From: an uncultured virus (IMG/VR IMGVR_UViG_3300008070_000002)
Taxonomy: Duplodnaviria; Heunggongvirae; Uroviricota; Caudoviricetes
Virus record (IMG/VR): IMGVR_UViG_3300008070_000002
Location: 55,697 to 75,696 of that record
DNA length: 20,000 nucleotides
Reading direction: 5' to 3' (one strand)
Part shown: positions 16,487-20,000 of the stretch, one piece after another
Layout: every line of letters starts with the position of its first letter
How positions within the stretch are numbered: position 1 is the stretch's first letter
Made by a program: the position numbers and the translations under genes
The notes under the pieces: model-generated
Database searches by the model: none
What the model was told of the DNA's origin: nothing
The model's input: the letters and a program-made list of their open reading frames with translations, nothing else

Positions 16487-16510
16487 ATTACATAAGATCT
16501 CGTACGCGGC

Positions 16511-17806
16511 ATCAGCATTGGGCGCTTTTATCGCCAACACGGATAGCAGCATTGCTTTTACGTTTATATTCGTAATGACTTTCGTCATACGAAAATACTG
16601 GTTCGAACCACGAGCCAGTGTGGGGTTTCGAAGGATCGATAGCGGTATACCACCCTCGGGGCATTGCGCTATTAACTTGTTTATAACCTCGTGAATTAAA
16701 GCATCGTAACGCTGGGTGGCGTTATCGATGTATTTGTAGATTTTCTTCGGTGACATCTTGTATTCGTTCAAGAGCATCGAGGCAATATCTACACGTAACA
16801 GACCAACAGACACAGACCATGGCATATGGACTTCGTCGTATTGGTGGGCACTGGCCAGTGGCGCAATAACCGCACGAGCTGTCCATTGCGATCGGGTAGA
16901 ACCTAACTGACGTCGGGCAATCCCCGTTTTACTACCACACGTATTCTTACGGAACTCCACATGATAATCTTTATACAGTTTAGTGAACTTAACTACTAGT
17001 GAGTTCACACGTCGCACCGACATGCGCATTGCAGATGTTTCAATAGCGCAAATCGTTTTAACCGCGTCAAATGCCAACGGCATCGCCGGGTCGACTTGTG
17101 TCGTAAAGCCCAACTGTTCAGATGGGAATACAGCCCGTGATGGGAATGGTACATGTGTTGACCAAATACAATCCCGGTACTTCTTCAAGATACGGCGCAT
17201 TTTACTGCATGCAATATCCCGAATATTACGGCCAGCATTCTTACCTGTACGGTGCTTTAACATCGGTAACGGTTGAACAACAACATCCATAATCCAATCG
17301 AAGTTATGATAAAGCTCTGCATAACCACGTGGGACTTTATGTTCTTCCAAATAACCAACGATGGTTCGTGTCATCTCGTCATTTGGATTTGGCGGTATGT
17401 AGGTTGGATCCGTCAACCACATCAAGATATCCACTTTACTGGAACTCATTTCTGATGTAAACAAACTCCAGAATGTCGGGTTGATTAACGCCGGAATACC
17501 TTCCGGTGCCGCTATCCATATTTGCGAATAGGTTGGGCGGTCGATCGCTCGCCGAACTTCAGTACCGCAATGTGGACAAACCACGGTGTTGAACGCACCA
17601 GTTGTTAACCCACAGTCACATTTTGGTAATGTATCTAACTGATCTGACGAATAATGAATTCGAATAAGATCGTTAATTACATCGCCTGCTTTTGTTGCTG
17701 GATATTCAGTAATAACCTGATTAATCACCACTGGCTTTATAAGCAGCGAATCCCACTGTGCCTGGTAGTTTAAGAAACGTAGACTAATGCCATTAGGAAA
17801 AGCCAT
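16511..17806 (-). CDS. rpoC: nvRNAP beta' N-terminal subunit (phiKZ gp55-like), exon 1 (432 aa; spliced product 494 aa)
   Basis: Zn finger CDCG..CPHCG; KTGIARRQLGSTRSQWTARAVI (cf. [20 protein letters not shown]); LRNPTL; ends APNAD at the intron junction. Confidence 0.93.
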
Positions 17807-17828
17807 GAAAGAACTCCGAGGGCATAAG

Positions 17829-17858
17829 AAAAAAATAAGGGAGCCGAAGCTCCCTTAT
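17829..17858 (-). terminator. Intrinsic terminator after the chimallin-like gene
   Basis: Minus strand ATAAGGGAGC-TTCG-GCTCCCTTAT followed by TTTTTT; same core as the terminator at 871-888. Confidence 0.88.
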
Positions 17859-17870
17859 CCCAGGTACCGA

Positions 17871-19748
17871 TTAACGGCGGTATGATGCGCCTGCACCACG
17901 GTAATCATCGCGACCACCACGACGTGGGTCATAACGACCACGACGAGAAGCCAGGTTGTTACGCAGTGCGAAACGCTCGCCACCGCCACGGTTACGTGAA
18001 CCGTAGGTGCTGTTGCCATCTTGATCGATGGTCAGCGCCATTGGGCCAGCGCACACTTCTTCGTGCAGAACTTTCAGTGCTTCAGGGTCGAAGTAAACTT
18101 TGAACGCGAAGCCCTTCAGTACGAAGGTGTTGTTGGTAACGTGTTTCAGAATTTCCACCATGCGAGAGATACGCGCATCGTAGTCGAAACGGCTGTTACC
18201 ACCTACTTTAGTGCACTCGATCCAATCTTCGATCATTTCTGGGTTCTTGTCAGTCAGACGTGACAGAACGCCCAGAGTATCGAATTCTTCGATTGGGTGT
18301 GCTTCGCCATCGCGGCCAGTGTAGTAACCAGTTGGAATGCGGACTACGTCTGCAACCAAGTTGGTACCACGGAAGGCATCGCCGAAACCACCGTCGGTGA
18401 TGTTATCCAGTGCTTCACGCAGACGCGCTACGGCTGGCTTAACGTTATCGTACGCATCTACCAGAATACGGGTTACGTTATAACCAGGAGTACCTTCACG
18501 GATAATCATGGCGACGTCAACACCGTCTTCGCAATAGAACAGACGATCCATCAGGGTGGTGAAAGTACGGCTATCAGCCATTGCTTTCTCAACGTCATCT
18601 GCATTCAGACGATCTGGAGTAATGACTTTAGGATCGAAGCCATAGCCCAGCGCGCTGATATCACGCAGCGAGTTCTTTTCCAAACCGCCTTCGAATTGGC
18701 GCATCCAACGGTCGTCGGTATTCAGGAACGGAACCGCAGCCAGTGCCAGCAGCATACGTTCAGTAGAACCAACTGCAGGACCTTCGATGGTGTTGATAGA
18801 GCTGATTACCACTTCAGGTACGTATTGACGGGTATCTTCACCATCATCACGACGGCTACGACGATCATCACGACGCTCGAACGCATCGGCACCCACATAA
18901 CGTGGCGATACGAATGCAGTGAAACCAGTGTAGGTTTCAGCTTCATCGTTAGCGATCAGTTGGTTCTTAGTAGTACCTTCTACAACTTCAGCCACGGTGC
19001 CCATGAAGTCAGCACGTACAGGCAGACCACCAACATCTTTAGCCAGTTCATTCGGTGCGAATGACAGGTTCAGACGCAGGGTTGCATCTGGCTTAACATA
19101 GTTAACGTCGAATGGGGTATCAACGTTTGCTACGTCCCAGTTTGCATCGTCAGCTGCGCAAATGTAAGAACCAATTTCTTCGATTTCACCTACGTTAACT
19201 TCAGCTGGAACAATGGTGGTACCAGTGTAGATTGCCTTGCCTGCAAACTTCAGTACACGTTCAACATACTTGGTCAGCTTGTCAATAACACCGGTAGACA
19301 CGTAGTCGTACAGTGCAGTGTACTTAGTTACATCTTCACGACGCTCACGCAGGATTTTCTTGTCAACAGATTCCTTCTGACCTTCCAGAATCATAACGTG
19401 GAACATCACGTCTTCGCCTTCCGGAGTAGCGTAGATCAACCAGCCGTGTTTGTTAGACAGGTCACGACGGATGTCACCATCGATAGGCAGCAGACGAGAC
19501 ACGACTTCAGCCATGTTGTCTTTGTTGTCTTCGACGTAGGTTTTCAGGAAGGTGCTTGCACGACCTGCTTCACCGGTGCTACGGTATTTGGTGTTACGTG
19601 CTGAATTGCCAGCAACCCAGGTGCGCTCACGTGGCTCGTCGTGGCGATCATCGCGACGGTCGTCACGAGTCTCACGAGTGTCACGCTGCTCACGAGCTGG
19701 ACGGTCTTCGCGGATTTCTTTTTCGTTGTTACCAGTAGATACAGCCAT
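17871..19748 (-). CDS. chmA: Probable chimallin (phage nuclear shell protein, phiKZ gp54-like)
   Basis: 625 aa (chimallin-sized), immediately upstream of the gp55-like RNAP gene; high-expression codon bias (CGT/GGT/AAC/TTC), stacked promoter motifs, own terminator, disordered-looking termini. Based on synteny and size, not alignment. Confidence 0.72.
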   Translation of the reverse strand: MAVSTGNNEKEIREDRPAREQRDTRETRDDRRDDRHDEPRERTWVAGNSARNTKYRSTGEAGRASTFLKTYVEDNKDNMAEVVSRLLPIDGDIRRDLSNKHGWLIYATPEGEDVMFHVMILEGQKESVDKKILRERREDVTKYTALYDYVSTGVIDKLTKYVERVLKFAGKAIYTGTTIVPAEVNVGEIEEIGSYICAADDANWDVANVDTPFDVNYVKPDATLRLNLSFAPNELAKDVGGLPVRADFMGTVAEVVEGTTKNQLIANDEAETYTGFTAFVSPRYVGADAFERRDDRRSRRDDGEDTRQYVPEVVISSINTIEGPAVGSTERMLLALAAVPFLNTDDRWMRQFEGGLEKNSLRDISALGYGFDPKVITPDRLNADDVEKAMADSRTFTTLMDRLFYCEDGVDVAMIIREGTPGYNVTRILVDAYDNVKPAVARLREALDNITDGGFGDAFRGTNLVADVVRIPTGYYTGRDGEAHPIEEFDTLGVLSRLTDKNPEMIEDWIECTKVGGNSRFDYDARISRMVEILKHVTNNTFVLKGFAFKVYFDPEALKVLHEEVCAGPMALTIDQDGNSTYGSRNRGGGERFALRNNLASRRGRYDPRRGGRDDYRGAGASYRR

Positions 19749-19809
19749 TTGTTTCTTCCTTTTGTTTCATCGATGAAATAAATAAAGTGCGTTGATATTT
19801 CTACCAACA

Positions 19810-19827
19810 TCACTTAGATAATATAAA
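19810..19827 (-). promoter_or_regulatory. Promoter-like motif class 1, proximal copy upstream of the chimallin-like gene
   Basis: TTTATATTATCTAAGTGA on the minus strand. Confidence 0.7.
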
Positions 19828-19884
19828 CCTATCTTTTTTTCGGATAGGGTTACACATACTACACTTGAGGGCATAAACCCTTTA

Positions 19885-19910
19885 CATATAATGGGTGCAT
19901 TGTGTAATAA
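19885..19910 (-). promoter_or_regulatory. Promoter-like motif class 2 variant upstream of the chimallin-like gene
   Basis: Minus strand TTATTACACA-N12-TATG (spacer 1 nt longer than the other two copies). Confidence 0.45.
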
Positions 19911-19963
19911 ATAACAGATATCTCGTTTTAAACCTCAGACATTAAAAAGAGTATGCAGCTCCA

Positions 19964-19981
19964 TCACCTTAATAATATCTA
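19964..19981 (-). promoter_or_regulatory. Promoter-like motif class 1, distal copy upstream of the chimallin-like gene
   Basis: TAGATATTATTAAGGTGA on the minus strand. Confidence 0.68.
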
Positions 19982-20000
19982 GTTATAGATTCTTTGGATC

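Larger units (their letters stand above)
15036..16510 (-). mobile_element. Group I intron (1475 nt, IA2-like) in the RNAP catalytic motif, encoding an HNH homing endonuclease
   Basis: The 5' exon ends in U (GAT, 16511) and the intron ends in G (15036). P1: UGAU/GCCGC pairs with GCAGCGUCA (16470-16478) with a U.G pair at the splice site. P AACTGCTGGAAG (15423-15434), Q AATCAGCAAG (15264-15273), R TTCAACGAGCA (15220-15230), S ATGATGTGCTC (15120-15130). P3 TCCCTC/GGGGGA; extra hairpins between P7 and P3'. Confidence 0.93.

Noticed and set aside
16484..16510. C-terminal AAYEILCN of the 440-aa ORF, or the idea of a catalytically dead or pseudogenised RNAP
   Set aside because: This is read-through into the intron; splicing restores NADFDGD.
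18297..19064. 255-aa plus-strand ORF
   Set aside because: Antisense shadow of a strongly codon-biased gene; no RBS or recognisable motifs.
19826..19850. Imperfect hairpin AACCTATC..GATAGGGTT
   Set aside because: Bulged stem with no U-tract following on either strand; insufficient support for a terminator.

Overview
This window looks like the conserved core of a phiKZ-like, nucleus-forming jumbo phage (Chimalliviridae-type), transcribed almost entirely on the minus strand. From right to left it carries: a probable chimallin (nuclear shell) gene; the N-terminal beta' subunit of the non-virion RNA polymerase (nvRNAP); three small conserved genes; an SbcD/Mre11 nuclease; a gp66-like gene; a ChmC-like protein with a G/Q/Y-rich tail; an inserted two-domain DUF2829/Tad2-like protein; the gp68-like nvRNAP specificity subunit; gp69 (PicA/Imp1)-like and gp70-like genes; one small plus-strand gene; the nvRNAP beta C-terminal and beta' C-terminal subunits; and the 5' part of an SF2-type helicase missed by the ORF track. 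Two selfish elements sit in catalytic motifs. A 1475-nt group I intron with an HNH homing endonuclease splits the RNAP NAD/FDGD motif, and an Ala1 (class-3-like) LAGLIDADG intein interrupts the helicase Walker A motif. Two promoter-like motif families and several terminator hairpins are visible. RNAP subunits, the nuclease, the intron and the intein rest on motifs seen in the sequence. The gp-number, chimallin, ChmC and PicA assignments rest mainly on recalled synteny and size and need a homology search.
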